Below, piece after piece: positions 27,894 to 37,734 of a stretch of 45,217 bases of DNA. Position 1 is the first letter of the stretch. Each line of letters starts with the position of its first letter. Below the pieces are notes generated by a model. The model was not told the origin of the DNA. It made no database searches and worked only from the letters and a program-made list of their open reading frames with translations. Where the stretch lies: the sequence record SRR31156797_10293, one strand, 5' to 3'. A program made the position numbers and the translations under genes.

Positions 27894-28864
27894 GCTTCAT
27901 CAGTCGTTCTGTTACAGCTTGCCTCAGTTTTAAAAAGTTCGAGCAGTTCCATCATATCCTCGCAGTCATAAATTTTTTTGCGGATGCGGGCAGCGCCAGG
28001 GAGTTCCGCGCAATATCGACCTGCATGATTTTTAATTCTGAAAAGCATTTTCTTATTGGGAAGGTACTTATCGGAAAGCTCCATATGTCGCTTTAACTGA
28101 TCGAGTCTCCCCGAAATGGTTGATGGGCGTCCTTTTGGTGAAAAAACCCAGGGATTTCCTAAAGCCCCTCTACCAACCATTATACCATCGCATTCGGTCT
28201 GATTCATTCGCTGCAACCCTTCCTCGTAAGAAAGTACGTCGCCATTGCCGATAACCGGAATGGAAACGGCCTGCTTGACCTGCCGGATAATATCCCAATC
28301 TGCGTGTCCCCCAAATCCTTGAGACCACGTTCGGGCATGGAGAGTGAGTGCTGCTGCACCTGCTTTTTCTACCATGCGGGCAAAGTCGACTGCAGAAATA
28401 CTGTCATGGGTCCACCCGCTGCGGAATTTAACTGTCACGGGGAGTGAGGTGTTGGTACAGACTTCATGGATTATGGCCTTAGCGATATCGGGGGTTTTCA
28501 TCAGGGCAGATCCAGCCCCTTTTTTTATAACTTTTCTCACCGGACACCCCATGTTAATATCTATCAAATCAACGGGATAAGTGGAAACGATAGCAGCAGC
28601 CTTGCCCATCGAAGAAGGGTCGCTGCCAAAGAGTTGAATGCCCACAGGCCTCTCTTCACTCACAGTGTCCAATAAGACTAAGGTATTCTTTTGACCATAC
28701 ACTAAACCATGGCAACTGATCATCTCAGAAAAGCAGAGAGAGGCACCCATTTCTCGACATAAGAGGCGAAAGGCAAGATCAGTATAGCCGGCCAAGGGTG
28801 CCAGGAGAAAGGGGTTGGGTAAAACGAGCTCCCCAATTTGGAGAGGTTGGAAAGTAGGGTTCAT
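27890..28864 (-). CDS. dusB: tRNA-dihydrouridine synthase B
   Basis: LAPLAGYTD, QLFGS, IDINMGCP, GAGSALM, VTVKFRSGW, HART, IGNGD, MVGRGALGNPW. Confidence 0.9.
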   Translation of the reverse strand: MNPTFQPLQIGELVLPNPFLLAPLAGYTDLAFRLLCREMGASLCFSEMISCHGLVYGQKNTLVLLDTVSEERPVGIQLFGSDPSSMGKAAAIVSTYPVDLIDINMGCPVRKVIKKGAGSALMKTPDIAKAIIHEVCTNTSLPVTVKFRSGWTHDSISAVDFARMVEKAGAAALTLHARTWSQGFGGHADWDIIRQVKQAVSIPVIGNGDVLSYEEGLQRMNQTECDGIMVGRGALGNPWVFSPKGRPSTISGRLDQLKRHMELSDKYLPNKKMLFRIKNHAGRYCAELPGAARIRKKIYDCEDMMELLELFKTEASCNRTTDEA

Positions 28865-28884
28865 TTGTTTCTATTACGATCACA

Positions 28885-28925
28885 ATAAAAAAGGCGCTTC
28901 AGAAACCTTTTTTCTGAAGCGCCTT
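28885..28925 (-). terminator. Intrinsic terminator after lptE
   Basis: Perfect 15-bp stem AAGGCGCTTCAGAAA / TTTCTGAAGCGCCTT with a 5-nt loop, followed by TTTTATT on the minus strand. Confidence 0.85.
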
Positions 28926-28945
28926 GTAGGGAATGAAAGCTTCGT

Positions 28946-29491
28946 TTACTGGGTAACGGTTCCGGTTTGCATATTTTTTTGCCGCAGTCGTTTTAACGTA
29001 CCCAAATAAATAGCTTCGGAGAGATCATCAACAATGGTAGCAAGAGCTTCCTCTTCGATAGTGGCATTAAGTGTTTGCGAAGGGTAGTCTTCTGTCCAAA
29101 GCTGTTCAGGTACTTCCCAGAGTATGGTGCCTTCTTTAAGATCTTTCAGCACATATCTAACACCGAGCCTAACTTTAATGTCGGTGGCATTTGACTGTCC
29201 ATCCCAGGAGATACTCGGCAAGCTAATAGAAACAATTTCACCGGCAAGGATAAGGTCAGCCTTTGCCTTATCTTTGGTCATGGTGATGGTACCTGACTTT
29301 AGAAACCATCTAGATAACGATTGATAAATTTGTGAATCAAGCCCTAGTTTGTTGGTACGATTTTCCCATGTAGGAGCATAAATGACTTGGCTTGGTCCCT
29401 CATAAACATGGGGGAAATAATATGCGCTGCAACTGCAGAGGCAGAAAGTAATGAACACAATAGCGGCCAGTCCCCGGGTTTTTATTTTCAC
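28946..29491 (-). CDS. lptE: LPS assembly lipoprotein LptE family
   Basis: Lipoprotein signal peptide with Cys (…FCLCSC), WENRT, ADLILAGEI; directly downstream of leuS, its usual position. Confidence 0.8.
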   Translation of the reverse strand: MKIKTRGLAAIVFITFCLCSCSAYYFPHVYEGPSQVIYAPTWENRTNKLGLDSQIYQSLSRWFLKSGTITMTKDKAKADLILAGEIVSISLPSISWDGQSNATDIKVRLGVRYVLKDLKEGTILWEVPEQLWTEDYPSQTLNATIEEEALATIVDDLSEAIYLGTLKRLRQKNMQTGTVTQ

Positions 29492-29545
29492 TGTCTATCT
29501 CCTATCAGTCTGCAACAATTGTGGTTAGTACGTAACTATAACAAA

Positions 29546-32026
29546 TTATAATACAATATTCACAAGTTTCTTTTTAACTACAATAACTTTCTTAGGCTCT
29601 TTTTCCTGCATGAATTTAAGAATCTTTTCATTGGAAAGGGCAATGGTTTGAATCTCGTCGTCACTGATGTCGGCTGCTACCTGTAACTTTGCACGAACTT
29701 TCCCGTTAATTTGGACGACAATGGTCAGTTCTTCCTCTTTAGCAGCATCAGCATCAAACTTGGGCCATGCTGCATGATCAAGGGTCTGTGGGTGATCGCT
29801 GACTTTCCATAATTCCTCACAAAAATGAGGTACCATGGGGAAAAGCAGCAACATTATGGTTTCAAGGGCCTGTTTGAGAACAGGTTGGTCTATTTCTTGT
29901 TCACCACCCAGCACACCAGTAATAGTATTAACCAGTTCCATTACACCTGAAATAGCAGTATTGAAATGAAAATTTGATTCAATACTTTCCGTAACCCTGC
30001 TGATGGTTTGATGTGTTTTCCTGTGCAATACCCTAGATGCGTCATTGAGATTATCTGGGACAATGGCACTTTCATCACGGAAAGCACCCAAATTTTGCTG
30101 TATAAGCCGGTAAACACGGTTAAGAAATCTGGAGGACCCTTCAACGCCTTGAGCATTCCATTCAAGGTCTCTCTCAGGAGGTGCTGCAAACAAAGAAAAG
30201 AGACGAACAGTATCAGCACCATATTTTTTTATAAGATCATTGGGATCAACGACATTACCTTTGGATTTTGACATCTTTGCCCCATCCTTAATAACCATCC
30301 CCTGAGTCAAAAGATTGGTAAATGGTTCATCGATGGTCACATAGCCAAGATCCCTAAGCACCTTTGTGAAAAAACGGGAATAAAGTAAATGGAGAATGGC
30401 ATGTTCTACTCCACCTATGTACTGGTCAACCGCCATCCAGTATTTTGCAGCATCAGGATCAATAGGGCCGTCAAGAAAGCCGGGATTAGTATATCTGATA
30501 AAATACCATGATGACTCAACAAAGGTGTCCATGGTGTCAGTTTCACGTCGTGCAGCCTCACCGCATTTGGGACAGGTGGTTTGGTAAAAAGCTTCTTGTA
30601 GGTGCAAGGGTGTATGCTCACCACCTGATTTGTCTGCACCAGGCAGAACAACGGGTAAGCTATCTTTGGGAACTGGAACAACCCCGCAGGTGTCACAATG
30701 CACAACCGGAATGGGTGCTCCCCAGTATCGTTGTCTGGAAATTCCCCAGTCACGGAGTCGGTAGGTTATATGCGGCTGACCAAAGCTATGTTTACTGGCG
30801 TGATCAATAATTGCTTTTTTTGCACTATTAGAATCAAGCCCGGAAAACTCGGCAGAATCAATAAGCTGGCCAGGTTGGTCAAAGGCCGTTTCAAGGCTCT
30901 CGCCGGAAAGTGATTCGTCTTCCGGTTGGATGACGACCTTTATCGGAAGGTCATATTTTTGGGCAAACTCAAAATCTCGCTGATCATGGGCAGGAACGGC
31001 CATAACAGCGCCAGTCCCATACTCCATTAAGACAAAATTGGCCACATAGATAGGGATTCTGTCACCATTAAAAGGGTTAATGCAGTACTTACCAGTAAAT
31101 ACACCTTTTTTGTCAGGCTCCTGATCTGCAGTTGCTCTCTGCTTTTCAATAAGGGTTGACTCTACAAATTGCTTTACCGCTTCCTCCTGTTGTTCACCCG
31201 AAATGAGTTTATCAATTAAGGGGTGCTCAACAGCCAAGGACATGAAGGTGACTCCATAGATGGTGTCTGGCCGAGTGGTAAATATAGAGACAACAGCATC
31301 AACTCCATCAACTTGGAAATCACAGGCTAAACCTGTGCTTTTTCCAATCCAGTTGCGCTGCATGGTTGCAACTTTATCAGGCCAGCCGGTGAGCAAATTA
31401 AGATCTTCTAAGAGTTCATCGGCATAATCTGTAATTTTAAAAAACCAACCTGACATAGTCTTAGGCAAAACAGGTTGATCGCAGCGCCAGCACAGTCCGT
31501 CAATGACTTGTTCACGAGCAAGAACGGTTTGGCAGTCGTTGCACCAGTTAACGGTTGTTTCCTTGCGGTACACCAGACCTTTTTCTAGCATTTCGAGAAA
31601 TAACTGTTGTTCCCATCGATAATACTTTGGATTGCATGTGGCAAGCTCTCGATCCCAATCGTAACTGAGGCCAAGAGCTTTAAGCTGGTCACGCATGTAA
31701 TCAATATTCTCGTAGGTCCAGGCAGCAGGGTGCACCCCTCTTTTCATGGCAGCATTTTCAGCAGGCAGTCCGAAAGCATCCCACCCCATGGGGTGAATGA
31801 CGTTATACCCCTGGAGACGTTTATACCTGGCAATGACATCACCTATGGTATAGTTACGCACGTGACCCATATGAATCCGGCCGGAAGGGTAGGGAAACAT
31901 TTCCAATACATAATATTTCTCTTGGGTGCTCTCATGGGTAACTTTGTATGGTTTGAGTTTATCCCATTGCTGCTGCCACGTGCTCTCGATGGCTTGGAAA
32001 TCATATTTTTCGTTTGTCTGCTGCAT
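29546..32026 (-). CDS. leuS: Leucine--tRNA ligase
   Basis: MFPYPSGRIHMGH (HIGH), FTTRPDT and GTGAVMAVPAHDQRD editing domain, DWGISRQRYWG, KMSKS. Confidence 0.98.
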   Translation of the reverse strand: MQQTNEKYDFQAIESTWQQQWDKLKPYKVTHESTQEKYYVLEMFPYPSGRIHMGHVRNYTIGDVIARYKRLQGYNVIHPMGWDAFGLPAENAAMKRGVHPAAWTYENIDYMRDQLKALGLSYDWDRELATCNPKYYRWEQQLFLEMLEKGLVYRKETTVNWCNDCQTVLAREQVIDGLCWRCDQPVLPKTMSGWFFKITDYADELLEDLNLLTGWPDKVATMQRNWIGKSTGLACDFQVDGVDAVVSIFTTRPDTIYGVTFMSLAVEHPLIDKLISGEQQEEAVKQFVESTLIEKQRATADQEPDKKGVFTGKYCINPFNGDRIPIYVANFVLMEYGTGAVMAVPAHDQRDFEFAQKYDLPIKVVIQPEDESLSGESLETAFDQPGQLIDSAEFSGLDSNSAKKAIIDHASKHSFGQPHITYRLRDWGISRQRYWGAPIPVVHCDTCGVVPVPKDSLPVVLPGADKSGGEHTPLHLQEAFYQTTCPKCGEAARRETDTMDTFVESSWYFIRYTNPGFLDGPIDPDAAKYWMAVDQYIGGVEHAILHLLYSRFFTKVLRDLGYVTIDEPFTNLLTQGMVIKDGAKMSKSKGNVVDPNDLIKKYGADTVRLFSLFAAPPERDLEWNAQGVEGSSRFLNRVYRLIQQNLGAFRDESAIVPDNLNDASRVLHRKTHQTISRVTESIESNFHFNTAISGVMELVNTITGVLGGEQEIDQPVLKQALETIMLLLFPMVPHFCEELWKVSDHPQTLDHAAWPKFDADAAKEEELTIVVQINGKVRAKLQVAADISDDEIQTIALSNEKILKFMQEKEPKKVIVVKKKLVNIVL

Positions 32027-32105
32027 AATCAGTTGCCGGTAATATATTAAATATTCTGGTTACAAAAACCTTGATCTTTCCTCTTCCAACCAACTCTTTA
32101 AAACA

Positions 32106-33485
32106 CTATGTGAGTGGTGGCGCCAGTGTGGTGTAATTCTCAAATGTTGTAAACTCCCCAAGAAAGGTAAGCTTAACACTTCCTGTGGGACCATTTCTTT
32201 GTTTACCAACGATGACCTCTGCTAAGCCCCGGTTAGGATTATCTTCTGCTTTGTTGTAGACTTCATCACGGTAGATAAACATGATAACATCGGCATCCTG
32301 TTCGATGGCGCCAGATTCACGCAAATCAGAGAGTTGCGGTCTTTTATCGGTTCGGCTTTCAAGGCTACGATTCAACTGGGAAAGAGCAACGACAGGAACA
32401 TCCAGTTCTTTTGCCATTGCCTTAAGGGATCTCGAAATGTCTGATATCTCTTGAGCTCTGTTCTCAATGCCACTTTTACCCTGCATGAGTTGCAGGTAAT
32501 CGACAACCACCATACCTATATTGTTTTCAGATTTCAGTCGCCTTGCCTTTGCTCGCATTTCAAGCACAGTTATCCCAGCAGTATCATCAATATAAATCGG
32601 TGCATCAGCGAGCATTCCAGTTGCCCTGGTCAACTTTGGCCAATCTGTCTCGTGGAGTTTCCCTGTCCTCATCCTTTGAGAATCAATGCGTCCGAGTGAA
32701 CACAACATACGCATCGCAAGAGATTCCATCGACATTTCAAGACTAAAGACGGCAACAGGTTCTTTTTCGATAAGTGCGGCATGCTGGACAATATTCATGG
32801 CCAAGGCTGTTTTACCCATGGAAGGGCGGGCAGCGAGAACGATCATCTCTGAAGGCTGAAATCCTGCTGTCATTTTGTCCAGCTCATCATATCCGGTGGC
32901 TACACCAGTGATAAGTTCCTGACGGTCATAAAGCTGGGTAATCTTATCAAATGCCTTTGGAACAATATTGGCCATTGGCTGAAATCCCTGTCCTTTTTTG
33001 GACTGGGCAATTTCAAAAATAGTCTTTTCAGCTTCATCCACAAGGGCTTCAATATCATCCTGAGCATCATAGCAGCGTGCAGCTACATCGGATGTAGTCT
33101 GGATAAGTCGTCGCAGAACAGATTTTTTGCGAATTATATGAGCATGATGAACAAGGGTACCGGTAAAAGGGATGATATCTGTCAAAGAGGCTATATAGCC
33201 AGCACCACCAGCACTCTCAAGTTTGTTCTGATCATTGAGCAGTCCTGTAACGGTTATAAGGTCGTGGGGTTCACTCTTTTCAAAAAGCGACACCATTGCT
33301 TCATAAATGGTTTTATGCGTGTCTTTGTAAAAATCTCCAGGATCTATGATTTCTGCGACCTGAAGTAATGATTTATCTTGAATGAGGATTGTGCCAAGAA
33401 CTGCCTGTTCAGCTTCAATGTTCTGCGGAGGAAGCATTTTAGGAAGTATAGAGAGGGGCGGAGTTGTTGCTTGTTGCATTTCCAT
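32106..33485 (-). CDS. dnaB: Replicative DNA helicase
   Basis: PPQNIEAEQAVLG, AARPSMGKT, FSLEMS, VDYLQLM, LSQLNR, DLRESGAIEQDAD, KQRNGPTG. Confidence 0.98.
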   Translation of the reverse strand: MEMQQATTPPLSILPKMLPPQNIEAEQAVLGTILIQDKSLLQVAEIIDPGDFYKDTHKTIYEAMVSLFEKSEPHDLITVTGLLNDQNKLESAGGAGYIASLTDIIPFTGTLVHHAHIIRKKSVLRRLIQTTSDVAARCYDAQDDIEALVDEAEKTIFEIAQSKKGQGFQPMANIVPKAFDKITQLYDRQELITGVATGYDELDKMTAGFQPSEMIVLAARPSMGKTALAMNIVQHAALIEKEPVAVFSLEMSMESLAMRMLCSLGRIDSQRMRTGKLHETDWPKLTRATGMLADAPIYIDDTAGITVLEMRAKARRLKSENNIGMVVVDYLQLMQGKSGIENRAQEISDISRSLKAMAKELDVPVVALSQLNRSLESRTDKRPQLSDLRESGAIEQDADVIMFIYRDEVYNKAEDNPNRGLAEVIVGKQRNGPTGSVKLTFLGEFTTFENYTTLAPPLT

Positions 33486-33570
33486 GCCTTGAAACAGATG
33501 CTATGGTGTAAAACGGTGACGTAAGCAACAACTATACTGTCATTGCTTATTTATGCACGCCCAAATTACA

Positions 33571-33600
33571 AGTGCCTTTTCTGGAATCAGAAAAGGCACT
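33571..33600 (-). terminator. Stem-loop or possible terminator between rplI and dnaB
   Basis: Perfect 13-bp stem AGTGCCTTTTCTG-GAAT-CAGAAAAGGCACT; only a weak U-tract follows. Confidence 0.55.
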
Positions 33601-33745
33601 GTATCGACTATCAGATTTATTTTTTCAAAAAAGTGATTCTTGAAAAAATAAATGACCTACCTTTGTTCAGTGAGTGTGATTGGCTCAGGAACTGTCTCCG
33701 TTATTCAATCACGCGAACAAAGAACTAGGGTAAAGTAAAAGAGTT

Positions 33746-34201
33746 TTATTCGCCAATGGTTTCAGGGACAACCTGAACAGCAATATTGGCAATTGCCTGA
33801 AAACCTACTTTTACGGGAATTGTGTACTCGCCCAATTGCTTAATGGGTTCTTTAAGAACAATATTCTTTTTATCTACTGTTAACCCAGCTTCTTCGAGTC
33901 CAGCAGCAATGTCAGTATTTGTAACAGAACCAAAAAGGCGATTTTCATCACCAACACGCTTGGTTATGGTCACAATTTTGTCCGCAAGCTGTGCTGTTAT
34001 CTTTTCAGCGTCTTTTTGTTGCTGAGCAAGTCGTGCTTCAATTGCCTTTCTTTCCTTCTCAAGTAGTCCGAGAGCAGTTTTGGTTACAAGAACTGCTTTC
34101 TTTTGCGGAATAAGGTAATTCCTGGCATACCCATTTTTTACCTTTACTATTTCGCCTTCCTGACCAAGGGTATCTATTGTTTCTTTAAGTATGATTTCCA
34201 T
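33746..34201 (-). CDS. rplI: 50S ribosomal protein L9
   Basis: MEIILKETIDTLGQEGEIVKVKNGYARNYLIP, RLFGSVT; AGAGGG SD before ATG 34201 (the ORF-track start at 34333 is too long). Confidence 0.97.
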   Translation of the reverse strand: MEIILKETIDTLGQEGEIVKVKNGYARNYLIPQKKAVLVTKTALGLLEKERKAIEARLAQQQKDAEKITAQLADKIVTITKRVGDENRLFGSVTNTDIAAGLEEAGLTVDKKNIVLKEPIKQLGEYTIPVKVGFQAIANIAVQVVPETIGE

Positions 34202-34278
34202 GAGTGAACCCTCTACATGTATTTTGGTTCGGTTATCAACGATATATATAACACTTTTTGGTGTTAATGATAACTTCG

Positions 34279-35253
34279 TTATTCGTCTGTGTGGTCGGCA
34301 ACGCTTCCTGAAAGTTTTCTGAAGTTGAGCCAAACATCAGCAAAGCCCAATATAGCCAAGAAAATCAGACCATAGCTCTGTACAATAAGCATAAAGTAAA
34401 GAGCAATCCTGAAAAAGCCAGGAACGTTCCATTTGTCTAACAGGTGGATGAAAACAGCCAATCCCTGGAAAAAATAAAGCAAAATGCCCACTAGTAAGAG
34501 ACAGATAGCTGTATCTTTGATTGTACCGCTTCCGACAAGCATGATCACGACTGCAGTTATCGGCAACCAGACTAGCTGATCGGGTAGAGCCCATGCTGTG
34601 TATTTGCCCCATCCTTTTTCTGTGAGGCTGAATTTCTTTGCCAGAGTATTACTGATAACCAAGTTAAACCATACTGTTGCAATCACCATGCATCCTAATA
34701 TACCGGGAAGCACACGAGGAATAACTTTACGTGTTTCTTCAATGGTAACTTGAAGGGCGTAAAGTACTTCAGCCGATATATCAGCCTGTGTGCTGTATGC
34801 AGTGTATGCTTGAGCAAAGCTGGCGTCGAGCATCATGAGCAATTGCGTATACAGATTTTCCGAAGTTATCAAACTGCAAATAATCCAGAATACAATCCAA
34901 CTACCACCTTGTGTTACGATTCCTTTAACGCCGGTAACGACAGCGCTTTCCTCTGAAATAACACCTTGGTACAGCGTATACCCCAGTGGAATGAATGTGA
35001 GTGAAAAAAGAAATAATTCAACTCTCTGTGCAATGATCAAGCCTGCTCCAGCGAGAAGCAGGCTGTTTCTCAGAAGTTTGAAGCCACTCTTAGGGCCTAA
35101 AAAACAAAAAATCAGAAAAACCGGAACGCTTAATATACCTTGCGACCATCCAAACAAAAAAGGAAAAAAAGACGGCAAAAAAAATACGGCTGCTGTCAGC
35201 AGCATGTATTTAAATAATAAAGCTCGCCTAACTGGTCCTTCCTCCTTTATCAC
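34279..35253 (-). CDS. YybS/DUF2232 family membrane protein
   Basis: Multi-TM protein with W-x-LPDQLVW, YFFQGLA and LGFADVW motifs; sits between rpsR and rplI, the usual position for this family. Confidence 0.85.
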   Translation of the reverse strand: MIKEEGPVRRALLFKYMLLTAAVFFLPSFFPFLFGWSQGILSVPVFLIFCFLGPKSGFKLLRNSLLLAGAGLIIAQRVELFLFSLTFIPLGYTLYQGVISEESAVVTGVKGIVTQGGSWIVFWIICSLITSENLYTQLLMMLDASFAQAYTAYSTQADISAEVLYALQVTIEETRKVIPRVLPGILGCMVIATVWFNLVISNTLAKKFSLTEKGWGKYTAWALPDQLVWLPITAVVIMLVGSGTIKDTAICLLLVGILLYFFQGLAVFIHLLDKWNVPGFFRIALYFMLIVQSYGLIFLAILGFADVWLNFRKLSGSVADHTDE

Positions 35254-35274
35254 TTTTTTAGGAACCTGAATTGC

Positions 35275-35514
35275 TTAAAACTGTGTTGGACCTGTATACG
35301 GCAGCAGTGCAAGTTGTCTTGCCCGCTTAACTGCCTCTGTCAACTGACGCTGGTGACTGGCGCAGGTACCATAAATACGACGAGGGATAATTTTGCCGCG
35401 TTCGGTCACAAAATTTCTCAGAGTTTTTGGATCGCGGTAATCGATATATATTTCTTTGTCTGTGCAAAATCTACATACGCGGCGGCGAGAAAAAACTTTT
35501 CTAGGTGGGGCCAT
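35275..35514 (-). CDS. rpsR: 30S ribosomal protein S18 (Zn-binding C+ type)
   Basis: [41 protein letters not shown]. Confidence 0.97.
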   Translation of the reverse strand: MAPPRKVFSRRRVCRFCTDKEIYIDYRDPKTLRNFVTERGKIIPRRIYGTCASHQRQLTEAVKRARQLALLPYTGPTQF

Positions 35515-35559
35515 GGGGTAATCTCCTCTATGTGAATCCTTTTCCCGGATAAATAAATG

Positions 35560-36024
35560 TTATGCTTCTTGAGTCGGCTCTTCCGCAGGTGTTGCAGCTT
35601 TTTCTTCTGCAACTTCAGCGGTTTTAGCCTCTGCTGGGGCAGCAGTCTCTTCGTTTTCTTCAGCTTCAGCTGCCTCTATAGCCGCAGCTTCGGCAGCAAT
35701 ACGTTCTTTTTCAACAGTAATAGCTGCTTCATCCATTGAATCGTTGAGCTTGATCGTTAAGAACCGAAGGAGACGATCATCAATTCTGAAGATACGCTCA
35801 AGTTCTTCAATTGTATGCCCGGGAGCGGCATAGTTTACATTGACATAATACCCTTGAACTTCTTTTTTGATTTCATAGGCAAGTTTTTTCATGCCCCAAC
35901 GATTAACAGAAATAATTGTTCCGTTATCATTAGTGATGAGTGCGTTTGTTCTGTCAATAATTTCAGTGAATTGTTCTTCACCGAGATTAGGGCGCAGAAT
36001 ATAGGTTGTTTCGTAATGACGCAT
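35560..36024 (-). CDS. rpsF: 30S ribosomal protein S6 with Ala/Glu-rich C-terminal tail
   Basis: MRHYETTYILRP, WGMKKLAYEIKK, GYY, LLRFLTIK; GAGGAGG SD. Confidence 0.97.
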   Translation of the reverse strand: MRHYETTYILRPNLGEEQFTEIIDRTNALITNDNGTIISVNRWGMKKLAYEIKKEVQGYYVNVNYAAPGHTIEELERIFRIDDRLLRFLTIKLNDSMDEAAITVEKERIAAEAAAIEAAEAEENEETAAPAEAKTAEVAEEKAATPAEEPTQEA

Positions 36025-36096
36025 GATTCCTCCTCGTGGTCATAGTAGCCCTCGCTTTTATCTAGATGATGAGAGCGAGAAGGTTAGTGTGGTGAA
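36025..36096 (-). ncRNA. Probable S6:S18 ribosomal-protein leader (autoregulatory cis RNA)
   Basis: CCUUCUCG (36083-36076) can pair with the SD-containing CGAGGAGG (36036-36029) or with AGCGAGGG (36056-36049). An unpaired CCA precedes the SD strand, as in known rpsF leaders. Confidence 0.65.
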
Positions 36097-36102
36097 CGAC
36101 AC

Positions 36103-36131
36103 ATATTACTTAAAAAAAACAAGGCAGTCAA
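36103..36131 (-). promoter_or_regulatory. Sigma70 promoter of the rpsF operon
   Basis: TTGACT-17 nt-TAATAT on the minus strand, directly upstream of the leader. Confidence 0.75.
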
Positions 36132-36161
36132 GAGGTAATGCGGTTGTCCTGATCCTATATT

Positions 36162-36560
36162 TTATTTTCGTTTTTCAGATTTTTTGATTTCTTCCCACTG
36201 AAATCGCAATTGCTGTTCATCTGTGCATTCAACGTCTGCAAAAACATGAGGGTGACGACGAATCATTTTTGAATTTATACTGTGGAGAGGATCTAAGGTT
36301 GAAAAATCTTTTTTTTCTGCATACATGACCGCTAACATGGTGACGATAAAATACATGTCACCTATTTCTTCACATATATTGTCTATGTCGCCCGTCTCAA
36401 TTGCGTCCAGGAGTTCTTGGCATTCCTCTTTTAAATATTTCTTGAAAGACAATGGTGTCTGTCGTTTATCCCAAGGGCACCCGTTATCACCTCTTAAAGT
36501 TCCTATAATTTCAACAAGGCGTATGAGTTCTTTGCCAATATCTGTATTTTGTACATTCAA
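36162..36560 (-). CDS. Single-domain MazG-like nucleotide pyrophosphohydrolase
   Basis: LRGDNGCPWDKRQT, EECQELLDAI, EEIGD, KMIRRHPHVF, WEEIK; 132 aa, one MazG domain only. Confidence 0.88.
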   Translation of the reverse strand: MNVQNTDIGKELIRLVEIIGTLRGDNGCPWDKRQTPLSFKKYLKEECQELLDAIETGDIDNICEEIGDMYFIVTMLAVMYAEKKDFSTLDPLHSINSKMIRRHPHVFADVECTDEQQLRFQWEEIKKSEKRK

Positions 36561-36628
36561 CGAATTTTACCAGGAAAAGAGTGGATTAAAACAGGGGGGA
36601 AATGAGGTTGCCAATGCTTGTGTTTTCG

Positions 36629-37465
36629 TTATTTTAGTTCATAAAAAATAGAACGCATATGCCTTTTGGGTACAAAACGTGGGCATATTCCGGTAAGAGA
36701 TTCAGTTGAGCCAATGAGGAGGTACCCATCCGGTTCCAAATTTTGGGCAAGCTTGTTGAAAAGCTTTTTCCTGTCTTCCGGTGTAAAATAAATGGCCACA
36801 TTACGGCATAGAATTATATCAAATTTGCCCATACCCGTAAAAGGCTGCATTAGGTTGATTTTCCTGAAATTAGCCATTGCCCGAATTTCATCTTTTACTT
36901 TCCAGTTTCCACCAGCAAGGGAAAAATAACGATTGAGTTTGTCTTTGGCCAACCCTCTCTCTATTTCGAATTTATTATACTTACCGGCACTTGCCTGGGC
37001 TATAGCGGCATCAGAAATATCCGTTCCTAGAAGTTTCACAGAATAAGGGGAAAGGTCACCAAGCAATTCTCTCAGCACAATTGCTACAGAATAAATTTCC
37101 TGCCCGGTTGAACAAGCTGCACTCCATATTCGAAGCGGGGTTTTAATTCTAGGGTTTTTTTGAACTCGTTTGTCTATGAGTTCCGGTAAAATTTTATGGC
37201 GCAGCATTTCGAAAGGGCTGCTGTCTCTAAAAAATAGAGTTTCATTTGTTGAGATAGCATCAATTATCTTCTTTTCAATAAATTTAGAAGGTTCTGCCTT
37301 CGCTTTTCTGCAAAGTTCTTGGTAGTTGGAGCAGCGGTATTCTTCTGCAATACCATTTAGTCGCGTTTCTAACAGGTATTTTTTAGATTCATCAAGGTGG
37401 ATGCCTGATATGTCCTTGATGTATTGTGAAAATAACTTGGTTTCTGCTGTTGTTATTTTTAGCAT
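36629..37465 (-). CDS. cheR: Chemotaxis protein methyltransferase
   Basis: TNETLFFRD, RIWSAACSTGQEIYS, GTDIS, FDIILCRNVAIYF, GSTES. Confidence 0.96.
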   Translation of the reverse strand: MLKITTAETKLFSQYIKDISGIHLDESKKYLLETRLNGIAEEYRCSNYQELCRKAKAEPSKFIEKKIIDAISTNETLFFRDSSPFEMLRHKILPELIDKRVQKNPRIKTPLRIWSAACSTGQEIYSVAIVLRELLGDLSPYSVKLLGTDISDAAIAQASAGKYNKFEIERGLAKDKLNRYFSLAGGNWKVKDEIRAMANFRKINLMQPFTGMGKFDIILCRNVAIYFTPEDRKKLFNKLAQNLEPDGYLLIGSTESLTGICPRFVPKRHMRSIFYELK

Positions 37466-37734
37466 CTAGCCTGACAGTTTAAAGTTATACAGCTCTTTCC
37501 CAGACTTCAATAGAAGCAGAGGCAACAAACACCAAAAATGAGACTAAAATAAATTTATCTTCAAAGTGTTATTCTGAACGTATATTCTGCTTGTGCTCAT
37601 CATCGCTATGTTTTGGTTTCTATGGCCAATGATAGTAAGCAATAAACACATACGTAATTTAAAAATTTTCAAAGTGAAATAATAGGATAAAATAATTCAA
37701 TGTAGTGCTCGTGAAACAAGGTTGAAAACAAATG

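Noticed and set aside
32106..33485. Intein in DnaB
   Set aside because: Normal length (459 aa) with contiguous helicase motifs.
37566..37685. Hydrophobic reading frame (YILLVLIIAMFWFLWPMIV...) between cheR and cheB
   Set aside because: An in-frame TGA lies just upstream, there is no SD, and AT-rich DNA yields such frames by chance.
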